NCBI GenBank assembly: GCA_040901675.1
Contig: JBBDYJ010000031.1
Coordinates: 25,220 to 89,219 of the forward strand
Origin: Pirellulales bacterium
GTDB lineage: Bacteria; Planctomycetota; Planctomycetia; Pirellulales; JAICIG01
Reading direction: 5' to 3'
Length of the DNA: 64,000 bases
Shown: piece after piece, positions 40,155-56,731 of the stretch
How positions within the stretch are numbered: the first letter of the stretch is position 1
Layout: each line of letters begins with the position of its first letter
Notes under the pieces: generated by a model
Database searches by the model: none
Seen by the model: the letters and a program-made list of their open reading frames with translations, nothing else
What the model was told of the DNA's origin: nothing
Program-made: the position numbers and the translations under genes

Positions 40155-40590
40155 AGCAGGATCCTCCACAAACAAACTGGGAAATAAACAGGGTGGACAA
40201 CTCCAAGGGTGCAACCCAGGCCGCGCGTAATCCGTGTGCTATTCCATGCTTTACAGCGACGATCCGGTCATGGCCGGAGCAGTCCACCGACAACTCAGCG
40301 GCCGTTCGTTACGTACGCCGCCGCCTTAGTAGTCGAGATTCGCCCGAAAAACCTGACATGAATTCCTGAAAGAATTCAGGAAATCTTTGCTCCCTCATTC
40401 AGACCCTAGCACGCCAGAGGGGGTGAAGGCGGCCTAAGTCCAGAGGTGGCCATGAATTGCAAGCCTTGGGCGCCGCCGGGAGGGTCGTGCCGGTCAGGCG
40501 AGTCGCGATTGACACCGACAGGGATTTGCCGCGTCGGGGTGGCGCCTGTTTTGGACCCCCTGACTCCCACTGCCGGGGGGGTTGGTGGGG

Positions 40591-42583
40591 TCATGGGGCC
40601 GGTGGAGGGCTACTTGGCGGCTGACTCGCCTTGAACACCACGATGGCCAGCGGCGGCAGCGTGACATTGATCGACCAGGCTCGGCCGTGGCAGGGCAGCG
40701 GCGCTGCCTCGTGGCCCCCGAAATTGCCTTGCCCGCTGCCGCCGTACTCGCGGGCGTCGCTGTTGAGCAATTCGGCCCAATGACCACCGGCCGGCACGCC
40801 TATCCGGTAATTGTGGCGGGGCAGCGGAGTAAAGTTGGCGGCAACGGCCAACGTGCCGGCGGACGAATGGCTCTTGCGGGCGTAGCTGATCACGCTTTTT
40901 TGGGTATCGCAGCAGTCGATCCATTCGAAGCCGGCCGGGTCCGTGTCCAGTTCGAAACAGGCCGGCTCGCTCCGGTAAGCCCGGTTCAAGTCGGTCATCC
41001 ACAGCAACAGGCCCTGGTGCGGTGCCAGGTCCAAGAGGTTCCAGTCCAATTGGTCATCGTGATTCCACTCGCGGCGCTGGCCGAACTCACTCCCCATGAA
41101 CAGGCACTTCTTGCCGGGCAGCGTGAACATATAGCCCAGCAGCAGCCGCAGGTTGGCGAACTTTTGCCACTCGTCGCCGGGCATCTTGCCCCACAGCGAG
41201 CCTTTGCCGTGCACCACCTCGTCGTGCGACAGCGCGAGCACGAAGTTCTCGCTGTAGGCATACATCTGCCTGAAGGTCAGGCTGTTGTGCTCGTAGGTGC
41301 GGTAAATCGGGTCCTTCGACATGTACCGCAAGGTGTCGTGCATCCAGCCCATGTCCCACTTCAGCCCGAATCCCAGACCGCCGATATAGGTGGGCCGCGA
41401 GACCATCGGCCAGGCGGTCGATTCCTCGGCAATCGTCTGCACGTCCGGATACGTGCGGTAGATTTCCTGGTTCATCTGCCGCAGGAAACCGATGGCCTGC
41501 AGGTTCTCCCGCCCTCCGTGTTCGTTGGGGACCCATTGACCCGGGCCGCGCGAGTAGTCCAGGTAGAGCATCGAAGCAACGGCATCCACGCGCAATCCGT
41601 CGATGTGGTACTTGTCCAACCAGAACATGGCGCTGGAAAGCAGAAAACTGCGGACCTCGCTGCGCCCGTAGTTGAACACGAAGCTTTTCCAGTCGGGCTG
41701 GAACCCCTGCCGCTCGTCCGCGTGCTCGTACAAGTGGGTGCCGTCGAAATAACCCAGCGCGTGCCCGTCGGTTGGAAAGTGCGAAGGGACCCAGTCCAAG
41801 ATCACCCCGATCCCATTCTGGTGCAGCTCGTCGATCAGGTACATCAAATCCTGCGGCCTGCCGTAGCGGGCCGTGGGCGCAAAGTAACCGGTGGTCTGGT
41901 AGCCCCACGAACCGTAAAAGGGGTGCTCCGTCAGCGGCAGGAACTCGACGTGCGTAAAACCGGTGCCGAGCAGGTATTCCACCAGCGGCCGGGCCAGCTC
42001 GCGATACCCCAGCCAGCCCGCGTCGTCCCGCCGCCACGATCCCAGGTGCATCTCGTAGATCGAGATCGGGGCGCCCAGCGCATTGCGGCGCCGGCGCTGG
42101 GCCATCCACTCCAGGTCGTGCCAGTCGTAATCCAGCCGCTCGACGACGGAGGCCGTCTTGGGAGGCACTTCGCTATAAAATGCAAACGGATCCGACTTCT
42201 CGGTCTGATAGCCGTGGTAGCGGGAATGGATGCGGTACTTGTAGATGGCGCCCGGCGTCAGGCCTCCCACGAACCCCTGCCAAATGCCCGACGTCCCCCG
42301 CGGCGCCAGCGCGTGGCTCCCATGGCCGTACGCCTCCACCGACACCCGCTCGGCATTCGGAGCCCAAACCGCGAAGTGCGTGCCGTCGACGCCGTCGAGC
42401 CGGGCCGGATGCGCGCCCATCTTCTCATACAGCCGCGCATGGGTACCCTCGTTGAACAGGTGCAAATCGTCGGCGGTCAGCAGGCCCGAATCGCTGATCG
42501 GACGGGGCCCTGCCGTCGGGGCCGCGGAACGTGGCGCGTCCTGTTGCTGGTGCATGCTTGAGACCTCTTTCAATGTTTTCCGA

Positions 42584-42591
<8 letters not shown>
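40591..42591 (-). CDS. glgB: 1,4-alpha-glucan branching enzyme
   Basis: FAVWAPNA, YEMHLGSW, WGYQTTGYFAP, DGLRVDAVASM, AEEST, SHDEVVHGK; start may be 42555. Confidence 0.96.
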
Positions 42592-45955
<3,364 letters not shown>

Positions 45956-45969
45956 AATCTGCGCTTTCG

Positions 45970-47952
45970 TTACATGAAGTATTCGAATTCCCGCTCCGTG
46001 CGGATCCAACGCCGCACCCGGAACACGTGGGCCGGCGCCGTCCGCGGATCCAGCTCCACGTAGTTCCGCGGACCCTGCCACAGGTAGCGGGCGTCGCCCA
46101 GCAGGTCGTGAACCTGGAACGGGCGGACCGGCTCGACCCCCAACCGCGCCAGGTCGATATCAACCCAGCCGGAATGCGTGTGGTGCGGGTCGAGGTTCAC
46201 CACCACCAGAATCACGTTCGACCCTTCCTGCTTGCTGTACGCGATGAGCTGCTCGTTGGTCGTCTGGTGAAACTCGAGGCTGTCGTCGCTCTGCAGGGCC
46301 GGGTTCTCCCGCCGGATGCGGTTCACGCGCCCGATCAATTCCGCGACGCTGTCCGGCCGGGCCAGGTCCCAATGCCGCACCTCGTATTTCTCGGAGTGCA
46401 GGTACTCCTCGCTGCCCGGCTCGCGGGCGCGTCCCTCGCAAAGCTCGAACGCCGGGCCATAGATCCCGTAGTTGGCGCTCAGTGTGGCGGCCAGCACCAG
46501 CCGCGCCATGAAGGCCGGCCGGCCCCCAGTCTGGAGAGGCTCCGGCAGAATGTCGGGCGTGTTCGGCCAGACGTTCGGACGAAACACCTCGCGGATCTGC
46601 GTGCGGGTCAATTCCGAAAAGTACTGGGTCAGCTCCCACTTCGTATTGCGCCAGGTGAAATACGTATACGACTGGGTAAAGCCCAGCTTGGCCAGTTCGT
46701 ACATCACGTGCGGGCGGGTGAAGGCCTCGGACAGGAAAATCACGTCCGGGTGCTCGCCCTTGACCTCGCCGATCAGCCACTCCCAGAAGGCGAACGGCTT
46801 GGTGTGCGGGTTGTCCACCCGGAAGATGCGCACGCCCTGGTCGATCCAGAACATGACGATGCTCTTCAACTCGTCCCACAGGGCCCGCCAGTCCTCCGTC
46901 TCGAAGTCGAAGGGATAAATGTCCTGGTACTTCTTCGGCGGATTCTCCGCGTACTGGATCGAGCCGTCAGGCCGCGCCCGGAACCACTGCGGATGCTCCT
47001 TGACGTACGGATGGTCCGGGGAGCATTGAAACGCAATGTCCAGCGCCACCTCGATCCCATATCCCTCGGCCTCCCGCACCAGGGCCCGCAGGTCGTCCAG
47101 CGTGCCCAATTGCGGATGGACCACCTTGTGTCCGCCTTCGGCCGATCCGATGGCCCAGGGACTGCCCGTGTCGCCCGGCTCGGCCTGCGGCGCGTTGTTT
47201 CTTCCCTTGCGGTGGGTTGTGCCGATGGGATGGACGGGGGGCAGATACAAGACATCGAACCCCATCGACGCCACGTAGGGCAGCCGCCGCGCGCAATCGG
47301 CCAAAGTGCCGTGCACACCCGGTTCTGCCGACGAGGACCGCGGGAATAGTTCATACCAGGCACTGAAGCGGGCCTTGGGCCGGTCCACCACGACCGCCAG
47401 CTCCCGAGCACAACTGCTCGCCAGGCTGCGGTCGGGATAGCGGTCCATTAACTCGAGCAGACCGGGATCCAGCGCGGTCTCGACCCGCACCGCCAGGCCG
47501 TGGTCTCCGCGCAGCACGTCGGCCATCTCATGGAGTCGCGCCGCGTCGCTGCGCGATGCCCGGCTTGCCGCCTGGCGGACCAGTTCCGACCCGACCCAAA
47601 GGTCGACGGCCTGAACCGAGGAGGCCTGGTGCCGTTTCTCCAAGTCGTGCCGCCAGGTGTGAAAGCGGTCTACCCAGGCCTGGACCGTGTATCGGTATCG
47701 CCCCAGCTCGCTGACCGTGAACCGCCCGCGCCAGCGGTCCTGCCCGCGCGGCTCCATCGGGCTCTCGAGCCAGTCGCCGGCGTCCTCGCGGCGGTAGCGC
47801 AGCACCGATCGAACCTGGTCGTGGCCGTCGGTGAAGGCCGCTGCTTCCACCACCACCTGCTCGCCGATGGCGCGTTTGATCGGATAGCGGCCGCAGTCGA
47901 TTTCGGGTTTCAGGCCGTCGATCACCACGCGGCTGCGGCCGTCGAACTGCAT
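45970..47952 (-). CDS. glgE: Alpha-1,4-glucan:maltose-1-phosphate maltosyltransferase
   Basis: WYELFPRS, YLPPVHPIG, YAENPPKKYQDIYP, FRVDNPHTKP, NTPDIL. Confidence 0.96.
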   Translation of the reverse strand: MQFDGRSRVVIDGLKPEIDCGRYPIKRAIGEQVVVEAAAFTDGHDQVRSVLRYRREDAGDWLESPMEPRGQDRWRGRFTVSELGRYRYTVQAWVDRFHTWRHDLEKRHQASSVQAVDLWVGSELVRQAASRASRSDAARLHEMADVLRGDHGLAVRVETALDPGLLELMDRYPDRSLASSCARELAVVVDRPKARFSAWYELFPRSSSAEPGVHGTLADCARRLPYVASMGFDVLYLPPVHPIGTTHRKGRNNAPQAEPGDTGSPWAIGSAEGGHKVVHPQLGTLDDLRALVREAEGYGIEVALDIAFQCSPDHPYVKEHPQWFRARPDGSIQYAENPPKKYQDIYPFDFETEDWRALWDELKSIVMFWIDQGVRIFRVDNPHTKPFAFWEWLIGEVKGEHPDVIFLSEAFTRPHVMYELAKLGFTQSYTYFTWRNTKWELTQYFSELTRTQIREVFRPNVWPNTPDILPEPLQTGGRPAFMARLVLAATLSANYGIYGPAFELCEGRAREPGSEEYLHSEKYEVRHWDLARPDSVAELIGRVNRIRRENPALQSDDSLEFHQTTNEQLIAYSKQEGSNVILVVVNLDPHHTHSGWVDIDLARLGVEPVRPFQVHDLLGDARYLWQGPRNYVELDPRTAPAHVFRVRRWIRTEREFEYFM

Positions 47953-48012
47953 CTGGCCAGTCCTTCGTCGTGCCGGCCGAAGCAGGCAGGTGGATCGTCG
48001 CCTCGCCCGGTG

Positions 48013-48054
48013 GTCAATACAACAAAGTCAATACAACAAAGTCAATACAACAAA
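48013..48054. repeat. Perfect 14-bp tandem repeat x3
   Basis: GTCAATACAACAAA x3. Confidence 0.95.
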
Positions 48055-48089
48055 AAAGCCCCGCGGGCTCTCGACGAGCCAAGGGGCTT
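48052..48089 (-). terminator. Intrinsic terminator inside the 5' leader of glgE-treS-glgB (attenuator candidate)
   Basis: Minus strand AAGCCCC-TT-GGCTC ... GAGCC-CGC-GGGGCTT-TTTT; upstream gene is divergent. Confidence 0.75.
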
Positions 48090-48153
48090 CCGTAGCCACG
48101 TACCCAAATTTTGCGCAGTGGATATCGGTGCCCAACAGCACCGTCTCCCACTG

Positions 48154-48220
48154 ATTCTAGGCCGCCGGGCCGCGGGCGTCAACGCAACGGTTTGACGTGC
48201 CGTTGGCCTTGTTATAGCCT
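48154..48220. promoter_or_regulatory. Divergent sigma70 promoters for glgE (-) and treZ (+)
   Basis: Minus TTGACG-N17-TAGAAT (48182-48154); plus TTGACG-N17-TAGCCT (48192-48220). Confidence 0.7.
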
Positions 48221-48228
48221 ACAGTACC

Positions 48229-50055
48229 ATGTTTTCCATATGGGCCCCCAAGGCAAGCCGCGTCGAGCTCGACCTCGATGGACGCCGCGTGCCGATGGAA
48301 AAACAAGAACACAACTGGTGGCTCACCGATGAGCAGCGGCCTGGCGGCACGGATTACGCCTTCCGGCTCGATGGCGGAGAACCGCTGCCCGATCCCCGCT
48401 CGCCGTGGCAGCCCGCGGGCGTGCTGGCCCCGTCACGCACCGTCGACCACTCGACGTTCGAATGGACCGACCAGCGCTGGCAGGCACCGCCTTTGCCCAG
48501 CGCGGTGGTGTACGAGCTGCACGTCGGCACGTTCACCCCGCAAGGAACTTTCGAGGCGGCCATCGAAAAGCTCGATCACCTGGCCGATCTCGGCGTCACG
48601 CACGTCGAGTTGATGCCGGTCAACGAGTTTGGCGGGAATCACGGTTGGGGTTACGACGGAGTGGATCTGTTTGCCCCGCACCACGCCTACGGTGGACCGG
48701 AAGGCTTGAAGCGGCTGGTCGACGCCTGTCATGCCCGCGGCCTGGCCGTGATCCTGGACGTGGTCTACAACCATCTGGGACCGGTGGGCAATTTCCTGCA
48801 CCAGTACGGGCCGTACTTCTCCGAGCGGCATCACACGCCTTGGGGTTGGGCGGTGAATTTTGACGGGCCGGGCAGTTACGAGGTCCGCCGCTTCGTCAGC
48901 GACAACGCCTTGATGTGGCTGCGGGATTACCACTTCGACGGCCTGCGCCTGGACGCCATCCACGCCATCGTCGACACGTCGGCCGTGCACATTCTGGAAC
49001 AGATTGCCACCGAAGTGGCCGAGCTGTCGGCGCATCTCGGCCGGCACCTGGCGCTGATCGCCGAGAGCGATTTGAACGATCCCCGGGTGGTGCGCAACTG
49101 GGAGATCGGCGGCTACGGGTTCGATGCCCAATGGAGCGACGATTTCCATCACGCGCTGCACGCGGCGCTGACCGGCGAGCGCGAGGGATACTACGCGGAC
49201 TTCGGCCAACTGGCCGACCTGGCGCTGGCCTTGGAACAGCACTTTGTGTACGCGGGCCGTTACTCCGAGTATCGGCAGCGGCAGCACGGCCGGCCCACGA
49301 TCGACTTATCCGGACATCGCTTCCTGGGGTACTTGCAGAATCACGACCAGCTCGGCAACCGGGCCCGGGGCGACCGCAGCGGCCACTTGATGAGCACGGG
49401 CCGGCTCAAGATCGCCGCCGCCCTGGTACTTTGCTCGCCATTCGTACCGATGTTGTTTGAGGGCGAAGAATGGGGAGCCACCACGCCATTTCAGTATTTC
49501 ACCAGCTTCGACGACCTGGAATTGGCCCGCTCGGTCCGCGAAGGGCGCCGCCGCGAGTTTGCCGCCTTTGGCTGGAACCCCGAGCAGATTCCCGATCCGC
49601 AGGACCCAGAGACGTTCCAGCGATCGAAGCTGAAATGGAACGAGTTGGCTGGCGAGCCGCACTGCGGGTTGCTCGAGTGGCATCGCAAGCTGATCGAGCT
49701 CCGCCGCCGGGAATCGAGCTTGACCGATGGACGATTGGACTGGGTCCGCACGCTGTTCAGCGAAGACGACCGCTGGTTTGTGCTCCAGCGCGGACCGATC
49801 ACGGTAGCCTGCAACCTGGCCGATCGGCCCCAGGTGGTTCCCCTGCCTGCCGAAAGTCCGGATCAACTGTTGATGGCCTCCGAAGCCGGGATTGACTCTG
49901 TCGCCGGCGGACTGAAGCTGCCGGGCGACGCGGTGGCAATCGTCGGCCCCGCAGAGAGCAAGCTGCCGCCTTCGGGCGCGCCGCCGCGCAACGTATCATC
50001 CACGGACTTTCTGCGGCGAAAGACGCTCCCGCGCAGCGGGACCACGTCCCGTTGA
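48229..50055 (+). CDS. treZ: Malto-oligosyltrehalose trehalohydrolase
   Basis: PDPRSPWQP, YELHVGTFT, WGYDGV, DGLRLDAIH, QWSDDFHH, QNHDQLGNR. Confidence 0.95.
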   Translation: MFSIWAPKASRVELDLDGRRVPMEKQEHNWWLTDEQRPGGTDYAFRLDGGEPLPDPRSPWQPAGVLAPSRTVDHSTFEWTDQRWQAPPLPSAVVYELHVGTFTPQGTFEAAIEKLDHLADLGVTHVELMPVNEFGGNHGWGYDGVDLFAPHHAYGGPEGLKRLVDACHARGLAVILDVVYNHLGPVGNFLHQYGPYFSERHHTPWGWAVNFDGPGSYEVRRFVSDNALMWLRDYHFDGLRLDAIHAIVDTSAVHILEQIATEVAELSAHLGRHLALIAESDLNDPRVVRNWEIGGYGFDAQWSDDFHHALHAALTGEREGYYADFGQLADLALALEQHFVYAGRYSEYRQRQHGRPTIDLSGHRFLGYLQNHDQLGNRARGDRSGHLMSTGRLKIAAALVLCSPFVPMLFEGEEWGATTPFQYFTSFDDLELARSVREGRRREFAAFGWNPEQIPDPQDPETFQRSKLKWNELAGEPHCGLLEWHRKLIELRRRESSLTDGRLDWVRTLFSEDDRWFVLQRGPITVACNLADRPQVVPLPAESPDQLLMASEAGIDSVAGGLKLPGDAVAIVGPAESKLPPSGAPPRNVSSTDFLRRKTLPRSGTTSR

Positions 50056-50105
50056 TGGACCGACTCTTTGGGGATCGTTCTCCGGAATAAGGTTCTGCCG
50101 ATCCG

Positions 50106-51779
50106 CTACGATTTGGCTTGGCTCGGAAGCGATCCATCTGGCAGCCTGCCGCCGCGGAGCTCGACCGCCAACGGTTCCTCGAAGCTGCGGTGAAAAACCG
50201 TATGGTGAGGAAACGGGATCTCGATTCCCAGCTCGTCGAACCGCTGCTTGATGCGGCGCAGTAGCTCGCGCTTGATGGCCCATTGACGGAGCGGTCGCGT
50301 CTTTACAAGAAACCTGACCACGATCGCCGAATCGCCGAACGCCTCCACGCCCAGCATCTCAGGCTCGTCCACAATCCAATGCCCGAAATCGGGGTCCCCT
50401 CGCATTTCCCGGGCAAGGGCCATCAGCACTTCCATCACCCGCTCCAGATCCTCCTTGTACGCCACGCCAATATCGAAGACGGCCCGCGACCAGCCATACG
50501 TCAGGTTGCTCACCATGGTCACCTGGCCGTGAGGGATGAAATGGGCCGTGCCTTCCAGGTCGCGCAGCATGGTCATGCGCAAGGTGATGTCCTCCACCAA
50601 TCCAGTCACGTCGCCGATCTTGACCACATTGCCCACGCTGTACTGGTTCTCGAACAGGATCATGAAGCCATGAAAATAGTCGCGGATCAGGGTCTGCGCC
50701 CCGAAGGCAATCGCCATCCCCAGAACCGCCGCCCCACCGACCAGAACCGTCACATCGATGCCGAACTGCTCCAGCAGTGCCAGCACGCCGGCCGCCAGGA
50801 TGGCTACTCCCGTCAAGCTTTGAAAAGCGCGCCGTAACGTGTCGGCCCGTTTTTCGCGTTCTTCCTTGGTGCCCCGCCCGCCCCGCCGGACCAGGCCCAT
50901 CACGATCCGGCTGGCGACAATCCGCGCCAGCATCCCAAGCACGAACATCACCGACAGGATCACCAGCACCATCGGCCCTTTGTTCAGCAGCCAGCGGACG
51001 ATCTTGTGAGGCGCCAGCGGACTCTCCAGGAACTCCACCCGGTTACGAGCCGAGTTCGTGCTCGCTTCGGCCTCCCGCAGCCGGTCGAGCGCCTCGCGCC
51101 GGTCGGCCTGCAACTGCTCGAGATCCGTTTCCGCGGCTTTCGCCTGTTCGGCGTACTCCGACGTCTCCTCCCGCGCCTGGTCGAGCTGCCGCCGCGATTC
51201 TTCCGTTCGCTCGCGCAGCTCTTCGAGCTCGGCCGCCGGAGCACCAGCTTCCGTGCGCGTTTCCACCTGCTGGCGCAGCGCTTGGTAGGCTTGCTCCGCG
51301 CTTTCCGCTTGCTGGGCGGCCGCCGCCTGCCGTCGTTTTGCCTCTTCCAACTCTTGTGTATGCGACTCGATCTCGTGGTTCCGATGCCGCAGCGCCCGGT
51401 CGGCGGCTTGGAACGATTGCTCCTCTCTGAGCAGCGCCCGGCGGGCCTCGTCCACGTGCTCGTCGTACCGTTCCTCGGCCCATCGAAGTTCCCGCGTTGT
51501 TTCCGGTTCGGCGGATTCTTGAAGCGCGGGCTCGCCGGCCGCGGGAACAGCGTCGATCAAAGACCCGTCCGTTTGGCGGCTGTTCTCCTGCGCCCTGGCG
51601 GGCGCCGCTGCAAGAGCCGCGGCGAAGCACATCGCGCACCCAATGGCAAGCCAGTACGCCCGAGAAGTCGAGCGCGGGCCTCGCCTGGCGTGAACGCCCC
51701 GTTTGACTGCACCCATCAGTGCCCTGCCACGGGTCTCTCCGGCGTCATGCCGGCTGAAGCCTCGCGCCTGGTCGCTCAT
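50106..51779 (-). CDS. MscS family mechanosensitive channel with periplasmic coiled coil
   Basis: GGAGG RBS; AFGAQTLIRD, ENQYSVG, VEDITLR, FDELGIEIPFP. Confidence 0.92.
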   Translation of the reverse strand: MSDQARGFSRHDAGETRGRALMGAVKRGVHARRGPRSTSRAYWLAIGCAMCFAAALAAAPARAQENSRQTDGSLIDAVPAAGEPALQESAEPETTRELRWAEERYDEHVDEARRALLREEQSFQAADRALRHRNHEIESHTQELEEAKRRQAAAAQQAESAEQAYQALRQQVETRTEAGAPAAELEELRERTEESRRQLDQAREETSEYAEQAKAAETDLEQLQADRREALDRLREAEASTNSARNRVEFLESPLAPHKIVRWLLNKGPMVLVILSVMFVLGMLARIVASRIVMGLVRRGGRGTKEEREKRADTLRRAFQSLTGVAILAAGVLALLEQFGIDVTVLVGGAAVLGMAIAFGAQTLIRDYFHGFMILFENQYSVGNVVKIGDVTGLVEDITLRMTMLRDLEGTAHFIPHGQVTMVSNLTYGWSRAVFDIGVAYKEDLERVMEVLMALAREMRGDPDFGHWIVDEPEMLGVEAFGDSAIVVRFLVKTRPLRQWAIKRELLRRIKQRFDELGIEIPFPHHTVFHRSFEEPLAVELRGGRLPDGSLPSQAKS

Positions 51780-51896
51780 GCTGGCACCTCCTGCCTTGGC
51801 CTTGAAACGCGGCCGTAGCCGCGACGGATCCCACGCATGGGACGGGTGGGGAATCGTCGTAGTCTGCGGCCCTGGTCTTTCCACCTGGAACTGCCG

Positions 51897-55484
<3,588 letters not shown>

Positions 55485-55556
55485 GCTTGGTCGCTCAATC
55501 CTTGGCGAAACGAATCCTTGCGGCTGAAAGGCCCTGACCTCCCGCTCGCCCCGCTC

Positions 55557-56231
55557 CTAATCTTCCTTCGGCTCGCCGATCGATCGCAGATAGCCGGCCA
55601 ACAGCGCTTGCAGATCGAGCAGGTTCTGCCAGCGGCGCTCGTCCAAGGTCACGCGCTTCCCCTCGCCGTTGGTGCGCACCGACGAGAGCAAGTCGCGCAG
55701 GCGGATGTGCAAGTACTCCAGCACCTCCGACATCTGGGCCGCCTGGCCAGGGCTCAGCCGCTCCGGCAGCTCGGGCGGCGCCAAGGCGTGATAGCTGGTC
55801 TCGATGTCGGGATTCTCGCTCCAGTTGAGTTCGAAATCAAGGCTGGCGGCCTGCGGCGACGCGGCGGCGTTCTCATGGCTGACGGTGCCGGTGCCCTTGG
55901 GCTCGCCCCGCAGCCCGGCCAGCCGCTCGGCGATTTCTTCACGCGAGCCGAACAACAGCACGCTGCGCCCGACGCCGATCATGTCGCCCACGCGGAGGAT
56001 GCGCAGTTGCACGTCCTCGCCGTTCACCTTGGTGCCGTTGGTGCTCTCCAGGTCGGTCAGCACCAGCTTGTCCTGGTCTTCCTGGATCTTCAGATGAAAC
56101 CGGCTGACGCGCTCGTCGTTGAGCTGGACGACGTTGCCCTCCTCGCGCCCAATCGTGATCGGCGTCTCGAGGCTTTCGAATACCTTCCCTCGGTCTGCTC
56201 CGTCGAGAACCCGCAATGTGATCGAGCCCAT
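55557..56231 (-). CDS. FHA-domain protein
   Basis: ITIGRE..DERVSRFH..DLESTNGTKVNG. Confidence 0.9.
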   Translation of the reverse strand: MGSITLRVLDGADRGKVFESLETPITIGREEGNVVQLNDERVSRFHLKIQEDQDKLVLTDLESTNGTKVNGEDVQLRILRVGDMIGVGRSVLLFGSREEIAERLAGLRGEPKGTGTVSHENAAASPQAASLDFELNWSENPDIETSYHALAPPELPERLSPGQAAQMSEVLEYLHIRLRDLLSSVRTNGEGKRVTLDERRWQNLLDLQALLAGYLRSIGEPKED

Positions 56232-56386
56232 TGGCCGTTGACTCAACAGCGTCCGAAAAAGTGCCTGACAAACGCGTACTCAAACCCGAGCCGGTGGCAC
56301 CGCTTATAACACGCTGCCAGCGCGGGAACAAGGCGACCACGAACTTGAACAACCGGGCGGGAAACCGTATGCTGACCTTTCTGCAA

Positions 56387-56460
56387 GCGCCCGTGGCGCA
56401 ACTGGACAGCGCATCGGTCTTCGGAACCGAGGGTTGCAGGTTCGAATCCTGCCGGGCGTA
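56387..56460 (+). tRNA. tRNA-Arg (anticodon TCG), CCA not encoded
   Basis: Acceptor GCGCCCG/CGGGCGT, anticodon arm TCGGT-CTTCGGA-ACCGA, T arm GCAGG-TTCGAAT-CCTGC. Confidence 0.95.
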
Positions 56461-56553
56461 CTACTTCTCCTCTATTCCGCCGGCCGCCGCACAACTCCAC
56501 GCTGGCATTATACCGAACCGGCCGGGCAGCGTCATCGAAGGCCGCCGATCGAG

Positions 56554-56620
56554 GTAGCAGAACTCGCCAGAGTTCTGGAGGCATGCTCCAACGGCCCGAA
56601 TTCTGGCGCTCTCCGGCTAC
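56554..56620. repeat. REPIN-like inverted doublet (GTAG...CTAC)
   Basis: GTAGCAGAACTCGCCAGAGTTCTGG ... CCCGAATTCTGGCGCTCTCCGGCTAC. Confidence 0.85.
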
Positions 56621-56731
56621 GTTCTGGCGACATGCGAACCCTCTTTTCTCTATGGGCCCGGCGCCTTCTCTGTTAAGCTGAAAAGCCTGCCCGCTGCGCT
56701 TGCCGCGCCCGCCCTACCGCAAGGACCGTCC

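Noticed and set aside
40224..40243. sigma54-like TAGCACACGGATTACG on the minus strand
   Set aside because: Both invariant GG and GC dinucleotides are broken
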